A stretch of 42,476 nt of DNA from Escherichia phage forsur: the sequence record MN850617.1. One strand, given 5' to 3'. Below the pieces are notes generated by a model, which was not told the DNA's origin, searched no databases, and saw nothing but the letters and a program-made list of their open reading frames with translations. Shown here one piece after another: positions 34,558 through 42,476 of this stretch (within the stretch, counting starts at the first letter, position 1; each line of letters opens with the position of its first letter). Made by a program: the position numbers and the translations under genes.

Positions 34558-35823
34558 GTGCTTGACAAGCTGTTGTTAACGGTGATGCGCGAGCGCGGGA
34601 AGTTCAACTCCCTGCGACACGCCATCCCGGAAGATACGATGAGCCAGACCACGAGCTATATGCTCAAGGCTTACGGCTCATACTTTGATGCGTTCCCGGA
34701 CAGTGACTACATTGACATTGACACGCTGGGTACGCACGTTCGTTTAAAGACAGGCAGCACGCCTGAACAGATGGCAGCCTTTGATTCGTTGTGCTCGCAG
34801 CTTCGAGAGTACAAGCCAACGAAGGAACAGAAGGAAGGTGTGCTTGACCAGCTCGTCGAGTTGGATACCGCTGGCCGTGCTAACCTGCTAATGCAGAGGT
34901 ACGACAATGGTGAGGAACTGGATATTATCTATGAGCTGGGCCGTCTTGCTGAGGGCGCACGTCGCAGCCGGGGGCAGTCATCTGTCACTGATTACGTGGA
35001 CGATGATGTGGTTGATATTCTCAACCGGACGGATGATAATCACGGCCTCAAGTTCGGTCTGCTCTGCTTGCAAGACAGCGTTCGCGTACTTCTACCCGGC
35101 GACTCCGTTGCCATCGGTGCTCGACCTGACAGCGGAAAGACTTCCTTCATCGCGTTTAACCTTACGCGAATGGCGGCGACAGCAGCGAAGCTCTATCCGG
35201 GCAGGCCAATCCTCTGGTTCAACAACGAGGGGCAGGGCATCAACATCATCCCGCGCATCTACCAAGCGGCGCTCAACTGCACGCTCCCAGAACTGAAAGA
35301 ACTGGGAGAGGACAGGGCTAAGCTGCACGCTGCGTATGCCAAAGCGCTGGGTGCGCCAGCCAACATCATTCGTGTGAAGGATATGCACGGCGCATCGCTG
35401 GCGAAAGCTGAGCAGGTTATCGAAGCGATGAACCCATGCGTTGTGGTGTGGGATATGCTGGCGAACTTCAAGCTGTCTGTCTCCGATGCCAACAGCAACA
35501 AGGCGTCGCAGGTTGAGCAGCTATGGCAGGAGGTACGTGAGCTGGCTGTGCGCCATGACTTCGTATCAATGGCCACGGTGCAGGTATCAGCCGATGGCAA
35601 GGATGATATGTTCCCTGCGCTGGATGCACTCAAGGATTCCAAGACTGGTATCCAAGGTGCGACTGATGTTATCGTCATGCTCGGCAGCGTGGATGACCCA
35701 TCGCTGGCAGCACGGCGCGGCGTCAGCACCCCAAAGAACAAACGCCAGATTGCTGGGCGTCCATCCAACGTGCGGTCACAGGTTCACTTCTTTGCTGACC
35801 GCTGCCAATTCGAGGATATGTAA
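34558..35823 (+). CDS. DnaB-like replicative DNA helicase
   Basis: 421 aa; Walker A GARPDSGKTSF resembles the DnaB/T7 gp4 family P-loop; GTG start after AGGAGAG. Confidence 0.8.
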   Translation: MLDKLLLTVMRERGKFNSLRHAIPEDTMSQTTSYMLKAYGSYFDAFPDSDYIDIDTLGTHVRLKTGSTPEQMAAFDSLCSQLREYKPTKEQKEGVLDQLVELDTAGRANLLMQRYDNGEELDIIYELGRLAEGARRSRGQSSVTDYVDDDVVDILNRTDDNHGLKFGLLCLQDSVRVLLPGDSVAIGARPDSGKTSFIAFNLTRMAATAAKLYPGRPILWFNNEGQGINIIPRIYQAALNCTLPELKELGEDRAKLHAAYAKALGAPANIIRVKDMHGASLAKAEQVIEAMNPCVVVWDMLANFKLSVSDANSNKASQVEQLWQEVRELAVRHDFVSMATVQVSADGKDDMFPALDALKDSKTGIQGATDVIVMLGSVDDPSLAARRGVSTPKNKRQIAGRPSNVRSQVHFFADRCQFEDM

Positions 35824-36176
35824 TGAGCGTGATTAAGGTAGGCGACCGAGTTCGTAACTGTGACACCAAGAGCGTACACTATGGCGCGACTGGTACTGTG
35901 GTTGATATCGACAGCAAGTGTATCAGCATCAAGCGCGACGATGGCTCTCGCGGTTCCGGTATCTATGGCTCGTGGACTGCGCGGCCTGAGTGCTGGGAGC
36001 TGCTGGTTGAGGTAGCCGAGGTGCCGGAGCCGACGACCACTGACGAGGACTGGAGCTACGCTGAGGCTGAGCGTCTGTATCAGGCAGCGTGTGATGCGAT
36101 GGCCAAGTACAATCAGTACGTTGAGCGTAAGCCAACGACCAGCTACCTGCCCGGTAGCAAGCCGAGTAAGTGGTGA
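35823..36176 (+). CDS. hypothetical protein (117 aa)
   Basis: ORF in track. Confidence 0.7.
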   Translation: MSVIKVGDRVRNCDTKSVHYGATGTVVDIDSKCISIKRDDGSRGSGIYGSWTARPECWELLVEVAEVPEPTTTDEDWSYAEAERLYQAACDAMAKYNQYVERKPTTSYLPGSKPSKW

Positions 36177-36340
36177 AGGGGCGCAGCTATCGCCGTTGCT
36201 CTTGCGGCGGCTGCCTGCTGGTTGAGCAGGTCAAGGGCAAAGCCACTGGCAAACCGCTGGTGATTTACGAGTGTGAAAAGTGTGGAGCTAAGCAGTATGG
36301 AAGACAAGGTGTATCGAGCAGCACCCTTAACCCAGCGTGA
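36173..36340 (+). CDS. small zinc-ribbon protein (55 aa), speculative
   Basis: GTG start overlapping upstream stop (GTGA); product has CSCGGC...CEKCG (two Cys pairs ~20 residues apart); not in ORF track; overlaps next ORF. Confidence 0.35.
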   Translation: MKGRSYRRCSCGGCLLVEQVKGKATGKPLVIYECEKCGAKQYGRQGVSSSTLNPA

Positions 36341-36488
36341 ACAAGACACCATCCGGGCGCAGTACCGGAAGGGTGATGCGTTCCGTGGGGAAGAAGCATT
36401 GGGTGAGCGCTACAATGTGGCACCCGAAGATATCGTGGCTGTGGTTAACTTCACCTACCGTAAGGGGAAACAGAAGCATGATAAGTAA
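36297..36488 (+). CDS. hypothetical protein (63 aa)
   Basis: In-frame ATG within track ORF 36273..36488; weak RBS. Confidence 0.45.
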   Translation: MEDKVYRAAPLTQREQDTIRAQYRKGDAFRGEEALGERYNVAPEDIVAVVNFTYRKGKQKHDK

Positions 36489-37161
36489 TGCCGAAGCTAA
36501 GCGCGTGTGGGCAGAAGACATCTGCCGTCTGCTGCAATCCGAAGAACTGAACTTCGTGGTTGCCGGGGGAGGGGCAAGGGATACCGCGTTGGGTGTTGAG
36601 CCGAAGGACTACGACATTGTGGTCTTTGGTTGGGGTGGTGATGTGAGCCGTGTGGCTGGCCGACTGGACTGGCTGGACTCCAGACTGGAGGACTATGCCA
36701 AGCAGCACGAGCTGTCGTATGAATACATGCCGAGCTATCACGATGCAGCAGAGGGTGGCGACTTCGGCTCCCGGCTGTGGGGTGTGTATAAGATTGGCCC
36801 GGTCGATGTGATTATCAGTAAGTGTGGGTGCTGGTCACAGGTACTGAACGAGTTCGACTTCAACCTGAACCAGTTCTACTTCCCGTCCAGTATCCCGCGT
36901 TACTCCGGCCAGTACAGCCGTGACCCCGGCGAGTTCATGGCGTATCCGTATGAGCCGAACCTCACTGCCGAAGATGTGCAGTGGTTCCCGGCGCTGGCCA
37001 GCCTGGTAGAAAGCTATGATGACCTGCTGACTCTCCGTGTCTGCCGACCGGATGCCAGCCTGAGTCGTGTGGCTTACATGCTGGAGAAGCACGAGAAGTA
37101 TCTGCCAGCCATTGAAGCATACGTTAATCGTATGCCCGACCACTTAGGTGGCAAAGCATAG
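36478..37161 (+). CDS. Pol-beta-superfamily nucleotidyltransferase (CCA-adding / poly(A) polymerase head-domain-like)
   Basis: ATG 36478 with AAGGGGAAA upstream; VVAGGGARDTALGVEPKDYDIVVFG matches the recalled GG.VRD...DxD head-domain signature. Confidence 0.6.
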   Translation: MISNAEAKRVWAEDICRLLQSEELNFVVAGGGARDTALGVEPKDYDIVVFGWGGDVSRVAGRLDWLDSRLEDYAKQHELSYEYMPSYHDAAEGGDFGSRLWGVYKIGPVDVIISKCGCWSQVLNEFDFNLNQFYFPSSIPRYSGQYSRDPGEFMAYPYEPNLTAEDVQWFPALASLVESYDDLLTLRVCRPDASLSRVAYMLEKHEKYLPAIEAYVNRMPDHLGGKA

Positions 37162-37171
37162 CGGGGGATTG

Positions 37172-39637
37172 ATGGCTATTCGAGCACAGATTATCGACGT
37201 TGAAACTGAGAACCATGAGTGGTATGGGGAGCTGGCATCACCTCGCTGCCCTGACAACTACGTGGTGATGCAGGGACAGCGCGACTGTGTGCTGACCAAG
37301 GATGGCTGGGAGTTCTACAAGCGTGAGGAATATCGGTACGCATCCCGTGAGGATTGGCTGGCGAACAAGAGCCTGCACCTCCACCCGGATACGAACATAC
37401 TGGTTGCACACAACGCGCCGTATGAACTGAGCTGGTGGTTCGAGCATTACGGTGACGAGTTCAAGGCATTCCTCTTACGAGGTGGCCGCGTATTCTGTAC
37501 CGCTTATGCTGAGTATCTGCTGACACACCAGCAATCCCAGTACCCATCCTTGAACGAGACAGCACCGAAGTATGGTGGTACTCACAAGGTGGATGCAGTC
37601 AAGGCAATGTGGGAGTCAGGTTATCTGACCAGCCAGATTGACGCTGAGCTGCTGAGCGAGTATCTGTCCGGGCCGTCCGGCGATATCGAGAACACGACCA
37701 AGCTGTTCGTTGGTCAGTGGGCAGAGCTGACGAAGCAGGGCATGTTGCAGATGGCACTGACCCGGTTCGAAGGTATGCTCATGTGGGCGTACATGATGCA
37801 CTCCGGTCTGCACGTTGACCGTGAGGTAGCAGAGCGTAACCGCCGTGAGTTGCAGGATTCAATCAGTGGGTTAACCGAGACACTGATGGGCTACCTGCCT
37901 GCCGACATGCCGAGTGAAGCGCGTGAGCAATTCAAGTTCACGTCTGCATATCACATGAGCGCGTTCGTGTTCGGCGGCGTGATGAAGTACAAGGCGCGGG
38001 TCGAGCGCCGGGATGCCGATGGCAATCTCATTTACGTGAAGGTGGATGCACCACTGTTCAAGCGTGGCAAGGACAAGTGGCTCAAGCATACCAGCGAGTG
38101 CGTGTGGGATGATGAGACTGGGTTGTGGTATGACCCGGTTGAGAAGGTACACCAGACTATCTACTCCAGCGGCAAGCACAAAGGCGAGCCGAAGTTTGAG
38201 AAGCTGGCGACCGATGAGGTGGACACTAAGTGGGGTGAGGTACTGTTCCGGCTGCCCGGTCTGCTGCGTGTGCAGGACAGACGGGCGCGGGAGATTGCCG
38301 ACAACCTTGAGTGGGAAGACCCGAAGCGTCCGGGTGAATATCTCCGGCGCACTGGTGACTGGGTAGGTAAGCGCAAGCTGGCTGACGGTTCTCCTGTATT
38401 CAGTACGGCGGGTGAGGTGCTGGACATTCTGGCAGCTCGTAAGATTCCCGGCGTCGTGGAGATTGCTGACCGGGCCAAGGCGCAGAAAGACCTAGGCACC
38501 TACTACCTCAGCGAGACGTTTGATGAGGATGGCAACGTGACTGGCCAGTCGGGGATGATGCAGTTCATCCAGCCGGACAGTATCGTACACCACACCATCA
38601 ACATGACCGCGACTGAGACGACACGCTTGTCGTCGCAGCGACCGAACAGCCAGAACCTGCCGCGTAAAGGTACGAGTAAAGTTAAGCAGATGTTCACCTC
38701 CCGCTTTGGCGAAGGTGGCCGCATCGTTGAGGCTGACTACTCGGCACTGGAAGTGGTGGGGTTGGCCGGGTTCAGTAAGGACAAGAACCTGATTCGTGCA
38801 TTGCTCGATGGTATCGACATGCACTGTATGCGATTGTCTGCTCAACTCAATGAGCCATACGAGGACGTGCTTAAGAAGTGCAAGGATGAGTCCCATCCTG
38901 ACCATGCACGATACAGTCAGATGCGTACTGACATCAAGCCCAAGGCGTTCTCCTATCAGTATGGTGCAACAGCGCGGGGCATTGCCTACTCGACTGGTTG
39001 CTCGGAGGAAGAAGCACAGGCGTTCATCGACAACGAGAAGGGTCTGTTCCCGGAAGTTGAAGAATGGTTCGACGCTGTAATCTTCCCCGCCGTTGAGCGT
39101 AGTGGACAGAGCAACGTGTTCAAGGAACAAGATGAGAACGGACGGTGGCAGGTGTATCGCCGTGGTCACTTCCGCTCGCCGGGTGGAACTTGTTATTCAT
39201 TCCGTCAGTACGAGAAATGGAACAAGGCGGCGCGTGCTTATCTGATGGAATACAAACCAACCCAAATGCGTAACTATCCTATTCAGGGTGAGACAGCGTT
39301 TTGGGTACAGGGAATTGGTGGGCTGCTGTTCCGCTGGCTGCTGGCCAATGACTTCTTTGGTGGGCGTGTGGTTCCCATCAACCAAGTGCATGACGCATTC
39401 TATTTCGACGTGGCACCTGACTGCCCTCACGAGTTCTTCGTTGGACTCAAGGCAATCATGGAATCCATACCGGAATACTACAACCACATCTGGCCTGAAT
39501 ATAACCTGACAGTTCCGTTTCCGGCAGAGGTAGAAGCTGGGCCAAGCATGTACGAAAAGCATCACGTAGAGACGACAGCCGAAGAAGTGCTGGAGTTCAA
39601 ACGTAACTTCCTGACGAGTAAGGGTATTAGCATATGA
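37172..39637 (+). CDS. family A DNA polymerase with 3'-5' exonuclease domain
   Basis: Exo motif IIDVETE; polymerase motif A ADYSALEVV, motif B KPKAFSYQYGATARG, motif C QVHDAFYFD; ATG 37172 with GGGGGA upstream (track lists GTG 37148). Confidence 0.95.
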   Translation: MAIRAQIIDVETENHEWYGELASPRCPDNYVVMQGQRDCVLTKDGWEFYKREEYRYASREDWLANKSLHLHPDTNILVAHNAPYELSWWFEHYGDEFKAFLLRGGRVFCTAYAEYLLTHQQSQYPSLNETAPKYGGTHKVDAVKAMWESGYLTSQIDAELLSEYLSGPSGDIENTTKLFVGQWAELTKQGMLQMALTRFEGMLMWAYMMHSGLHVDREVAERNRRELQDSISGLTETLMGYLPADMPSEAREQFKFTSAYHMSAFVFGGVMKYKARVERRDADGNLIYVKVDAPLFKRGKDKWLKHTSECVWDDETGLWYDPVEKVHQTIYSSGKHKGEPKFEKLATDEVDTKWGEVLFRLPGLLRVQDRRAREIADNLEWEDPKRPGEYLRRTGDWVGKRKLADGSPVFSTAGEVLDILAARKIPGVVEIADRAKAQKDLGTYYLSETFDEDGNVTGQSGMMQFIQPDSIVHHTINMTATETTRLSSQRPNSQNLPRKGTSKVKQMFTSRFGEGGRIVEADYSALEVVGLAGFSKDKNLIRALLDGIDMHCMRLSAQLNEPYEDVLKKCKDESHPDHARYSQMRTDIKPKAFSYQYGATARGIAYSTGCSEEEAQAFIDNEKGLFPEVEEWFDAVIFPAVERSGQSNVFKEQDENGRWQVYRRGHFRSPGGTCYSFRQYEKWNKAARAYLMEYKPTQMRNYPIQGETAFWVQGIGGLLFRWLLANDFFGGRVVPINQVHDAFYFDVAPDCPHEFFVGLKAIMESIPEYYNHIWPEYNLTVPFPAEVEAGPSMYEKHHVETTAEEVLEFKRNFLTSKGISI

Positions 39638-40521
39638 CCGCATCAGTATTGAACCGCATGAACTCCATCGTCGAACAGTATGTTGACGAGGAAGAACTTG
39701 ACTTTAACGAAGCCACGTCTGGTGGTGGTAAGCTCCTGCCGGAAGGTAAGGCGCTGGCCCGTCTGGTTGGCTACGTTGAGGTGGGGCCGCACGCCACTAA
39801 GCAGGCACCGGACAAACCGCCAGTCAATAAGTTCTTCCTCCAGTTCGCACTGTGGGGCAAGGCCAAGAACGGCGAGACTTACCACGAAGTTGTCAATGGT
39901 AAGATGGTGCCGGGCAAAGTTCGCACGCAGTTCATCGCTGTGAAGAAAGACCTGAACAGTAAGTCCGGCGCTTACAAATTGTTCAAGCGCATGAACCCGG
40001 ACAAGACTGCGAAGCACTTCGCGCAGTTGCTGAACCACACGTTCATCGTTCCGATTACCCACAACGAATCTGGTGAGGGTGATAACAAGAAGGTGTATGC
40101 GAACATCGACCTTGAGAACATCATGCTCGCTGTTGACCCGGTAACTGACCAGCCGTACCCGGTGCCGGAAGTCGAAGACGAGACGCTGTTCAAGCTGTTC
40201 CTGTGGAACCGTCCGACCAAGGAAGACTGGGAATCGCTGTACATCGACGGCAAGAACGACGATGGTAAATCCAAGAACTGGATTCAGGACAAGCTGCTTG
40301 AGTCTCCTGAGTTCCCCGGCTCACCGCTCGACCTGCTGCTCAATGGTGCTGGCGCTGGCTCTGCCATCGCTGAGCTGCCGGAGCTGGGTGATGCAGGCCA
40401 GCCGGAGGAAGTGAAGGAAGTCAAGCAGGAAGTCGCTGAGCTTCCGGTGAAGGGTGAAGCCGACAGCAAGAAAGAGCCGGACGTGACTGGCGAAGCTGAC
40501 TTCGGTTTGCCTAGCCTGTAA
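39634..40521 (+). CDS. hypothetical protein with strongly acidic C-terminal tail (possible ssDNA-binding protein)
   Basis: 295 aa; C-terminal ~60 aa rich in E/D ending ...GEADFGLPSL, reminiscent of T7 gp2.5-type acidic tails; function unverified. Confidence 0.7.
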   Translation: MTASVLNRMNSIVEQYVDEEELDFNEATSGGGKLLPEGKALARLVGYVEVGPHATKQAPDKPPVNKFFLQFALWGKAKNGETYHEVVNGKMVPGKVRTQFIAVKKDLNSKSGAYKLFKRMNPDKTAKHFAQLLNHTFIVPITHNESGEGDNKKVYANIDLENIMLAVDPVTDQPYPVPEVEDETLFKLFLWNRPTKEDWESLYIDGKNDDGKSKNWIQDKLLESPEFPGSPLDLLLNGAGAGSAIAELPELGDAGQPEEVKEVKQEVAELPVKGEADSKKEPDVTGEADFGLPSL

Positions 40522-40557
40522 GACTGGTGGCCACAGGGACGTGGCCGGAGGACAACG

Positions 40558-41532
40558 ATGAGTAGACTTCAACGCTTACTCCACAATGCAGAGGAACTTG
40601 ATGACCAGTTTGATGGTTACGTGTCTGGTCGTATCTTGCTGTGCGATGCTGACTCCACGGTCTACGTCGCGGCAGCAACCACGAAGAACATCGAGACAGC
40701 GAAGACACGATTCTGTTCCGGGGTACTGACCGCCAAGTTCCTCGCCAATGCTCAGTCAGTTCGTATCGAGTTGACCGCTGCGGAGTGTACGAAAGCTGGA
40801 CGGTACAAGCTGCGTGGGGCCAAGCTGTACCAAGGCAACCGAGACAAAGACCGCAAGCCCGGTCTGGTCGAACCGTTGCGTAAAGCAATTGGCCGGAACA
40901 TGTTCAACGTCCCGGATGGTGAGGACTGGTACGTCCACCTGAACTTTGAGTTCGAGGCAGACGATACCTTAATCATGGATGCGTGGACGATTGGCATTAA
41001 CGATGCAGTAATCTACAGCGCGGATAAAGACCTGCGTTGTTGGCCGGGCAGATTCCTTGACCCGTATGACAACAAGGTGCTGGAGCCGTGCGTTGGTATT
41101 GGCAGGCTGTGGTGGCATGAAACGAAAAGCGACAAGTCGCTGGTCGGCCATGGGCCTATCTTCTTTTGGGCGCAGATGTTGATGGGCGACACCGCCGACA
41201 ACATTGCTGGCGTGAAGAAGGTTGGTAAGCAGACTGCCTACGACATGCTGGTTGATTATCAAGAGATTGATGATGAATCAGTGGTTGCGGAATTGGTGCT
41301 GCGTGAGTACATGCAGCGTGACCAGAACCCGTGGCCGGAGGCAGTGGCGCTGTGGCTGTACCGCACGCCGACCTACTCATTCGCAGCCCACTTGAACACG
41401 CTGACCTTGAGCAAGGAGCTGCGTGTCTGGCTGCATAAGAAACTGGGTGAGGAATGGTATGCGGAAAGTGACTGGCGCGACTCTGTTGCAGCTTCGGAAG
41501 AATGCGATGGGTTGCAACTGCCCACTCTGTGA
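40558..41532 (+). CDS. 5'-3' exonuclease (T7 gp6-like)
   Basis: ILLCDADSTVYVAAA, FEADDTLIMDAW...AVIYSADKDLRCWP and FFWAQMLMGDTADNIAGV parallel recalled T7 gp6 segments (ILVMDGDWLVFQAM, LEGDDVMGVI...AVIISCDKDFKTIP, WHLFQTIKGDITDGYSGI). Confidence 0.85.
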   Translation: MSRLQRLLHNAEELDDQFDGYVSGRILLCDADSTVYVAAATTKNIETAKTRFCSGVLTAKFLANAQSVRIELTAAECTKAGRYKLRGAKLYQGNRDKDRKPGLVEPLRKAIGRNMFNVPDGEDWYVHLNFEFEADDTLIMDAWTIGINDAVIYSADKDLRCWPGRFLDPYDNKVLEPCVGIGRLWWHETKSDKSLVGHGPIFFWAQMLMGDTADNIAGVKKVGKQTAYDMLVDYQEIDDESVVAELVLREYMQRDQNPWPEAVALWLYRTPTYSFAAHLNTLTLSKELRVWLHKKLGEEWYAESDWRDSVAASEECDGLQLPTL

Positions 41533-41839
41533 TGAGCCGATGGTTGACCTCAAGCTCATGGTGGTTGACCACGACCATGTGACTGGAGAGATTCGCGGTG
41601 TTATCTGCCGCTGGTGTAATGCTCAGCTCGGTAAGGTGGAGAACTCTGCCAACCGAGCAAAGCGCCAGCGCACAGTGGATGACTGGTTGGATAGCGCCAT
41701 CGAGTGGCGACGTAAGCAGCACACTGGTCTGATGTATCCGACACATAAGACAGAGGCTGAGAAGAAAGCGGCAGCAGCCGACAGACGTAAAAAGGCAGCA
41801 GCAGCTAAAGCGCGTGCCATAATCACTAAGGGGAAATGA
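41459..41839 (+). CDS. recombination endonuclease VII
   Basis: CNCPLCDEPM...VDHDHVTGEIRGVICRWCNAQLG matches the Endonuclease VII zinc-binding/catalytic signature; start uncertain (41459 with GAGGA upstream, or 41507); overlaps exonuclease gene end. Confidence 0.8.
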   Translation: MRKVTGATLLQLRKNAMGCNCPLCDEPMVDLKLMVVDHDHVTGEIRGVICRWCNAQLGKVENSANRAKRQRTVDDWLDSAIEWRRKQHTGLMYPTHKTEAEKKAAAADRRKKAAAAKARAIITKGK

Positions 41840-41847
41840 TGACGAAG

Positions 41848-42476
41848 TTAAGTAACGCACAGCTCAAGGCAGATATCGCTGAGGGTCTTGGCACCACTGA
41901 GATTGCTGAGAAGCATGACATGACCACGGGTGCCATTCGATACCGGAAGCGCCAGCTTGCCAAGAGCGGCTGGAGTCCTGAGCACGACATGACCAAGGAA
42001 GTGCCGGAGCCGTATGCGGTTAAGGGTACGTCCACGCTGTATGATAAGGACGGCAACGTGGTCATGCAGTGGGTGAAGACTGCGCTCGACCGTGAGCAGG
42101 AGCTGGCCCTGCTGCAAGAGGCAGTGGATGCAATCAGCGAAACCATTACCCCGGAAGTGGCCCGGCCATTCAGCGGTGGCCCGGCACCTGCTGAGCTGCT
42201 GAACCTGTTCATCCTCACTGACTACCACCTCGGTATGCTGGCGTGGTCAGAGGAAACTGGTGATGACTGGGATATGAAGATTGCCGAAGACCTGCTGGTC
42301 AAGTGGTTCGCGGCAGCCATTGCCAGTGCGCCACCAGCACAGGTTGCTATCTTCGGACAGCTCGGTGACTTCCTACACTGGGATGGGTTAGATGCAGTGA
42401 CGCCATCGAGTGGGCATGTGCTGGATGCTGACACGCGATTCCAGAAGCTGGTGCGTGTGGCTATCCGGGCGCAGCG
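41848..42476 (+). CDS. calcineurin-like metallophosphoesterase, 5' portion (continues into 1..487); N-terminal HTH-like segment
   Basis: No stop before window end; carries phosphoesterase motif I (LTDYH) and II (GDFLHWD); N-terminal TEIAEKHDMTTGAIRYRKRQLAKSGW looks like a helix-turn-helix. Confidence 0.75.

Noticed and set aside
1-42476. CRISPR array, integrase, transposase or other mobile-element signatures
   Set aside because: No regularly spaced direct repeats with unique spacers and no recombinase or transposase motifs recognised; the only repeat-rich region (26040..26450) is degenerate low-complexity sequence.

Overview
The whole window reads as one complete, circularly permuted genome (42,476 bp) of a T7-superfamily podovirus (Autographiviridae-like) with phiKMV-type gene order; every supported gene is on the + strand. 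The permutation point lies inside a metallophosphoesterase gene (41848..42476 continues in frame into 1..487). The physical genome ends most likely lie in the non-coding block at about 25.9-27.0 kb: an ~0.4 kb A-depleted low-complexity segment, an AT-rich segment with direct repeats, then four tandem host-type sigma70 promoters (TTGACA/TTGCAA-N17-TGTAAT with a TGn extension) heading a ~0.47 kb leader. Early region (27.4-33.4 kb): about 25 small ORFs including tandem paralogs, a set of products sharing an acidic C-terminal SFEAD-type tail, clusters of tiny hydrophobic peptides, a signal-peptide protein, and four intergenic hairpins with an invariant UUGCGA loop. Replication module: primase-like protein, DnaB-like helicase, Pol-beta-type nucleotidyltransferase, family A DNA polymerase, T7 gp6-like 5'-3' exonuclease, endonuclease VII, metallophosphoesterase, HAD phosphatase and a dNTP-pyrophosphohydrolase-like protein. 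The single-subunit RNA polymerase (2124..4559) sits directly upstream of a T7-class promoter-like element and the structural module (portal, P/Q-rich scaffold, capsid, tail tubular A/B, three internal virion proteins, beta-helix tailspike), followed by small/large terminase and a lysis cassette (u-spanin-like lipoprotein, holin candidate, GH108-type endolysin). No tRNA, rRNA, CRISPR array, integrase or transposase was recognised. Functional calls rest on motif recognition and recalled similarity to T7 proteins, not on database searches; no single element can be confirmed as a new system from sequence alone, and the strongest candidates are listed in findings.
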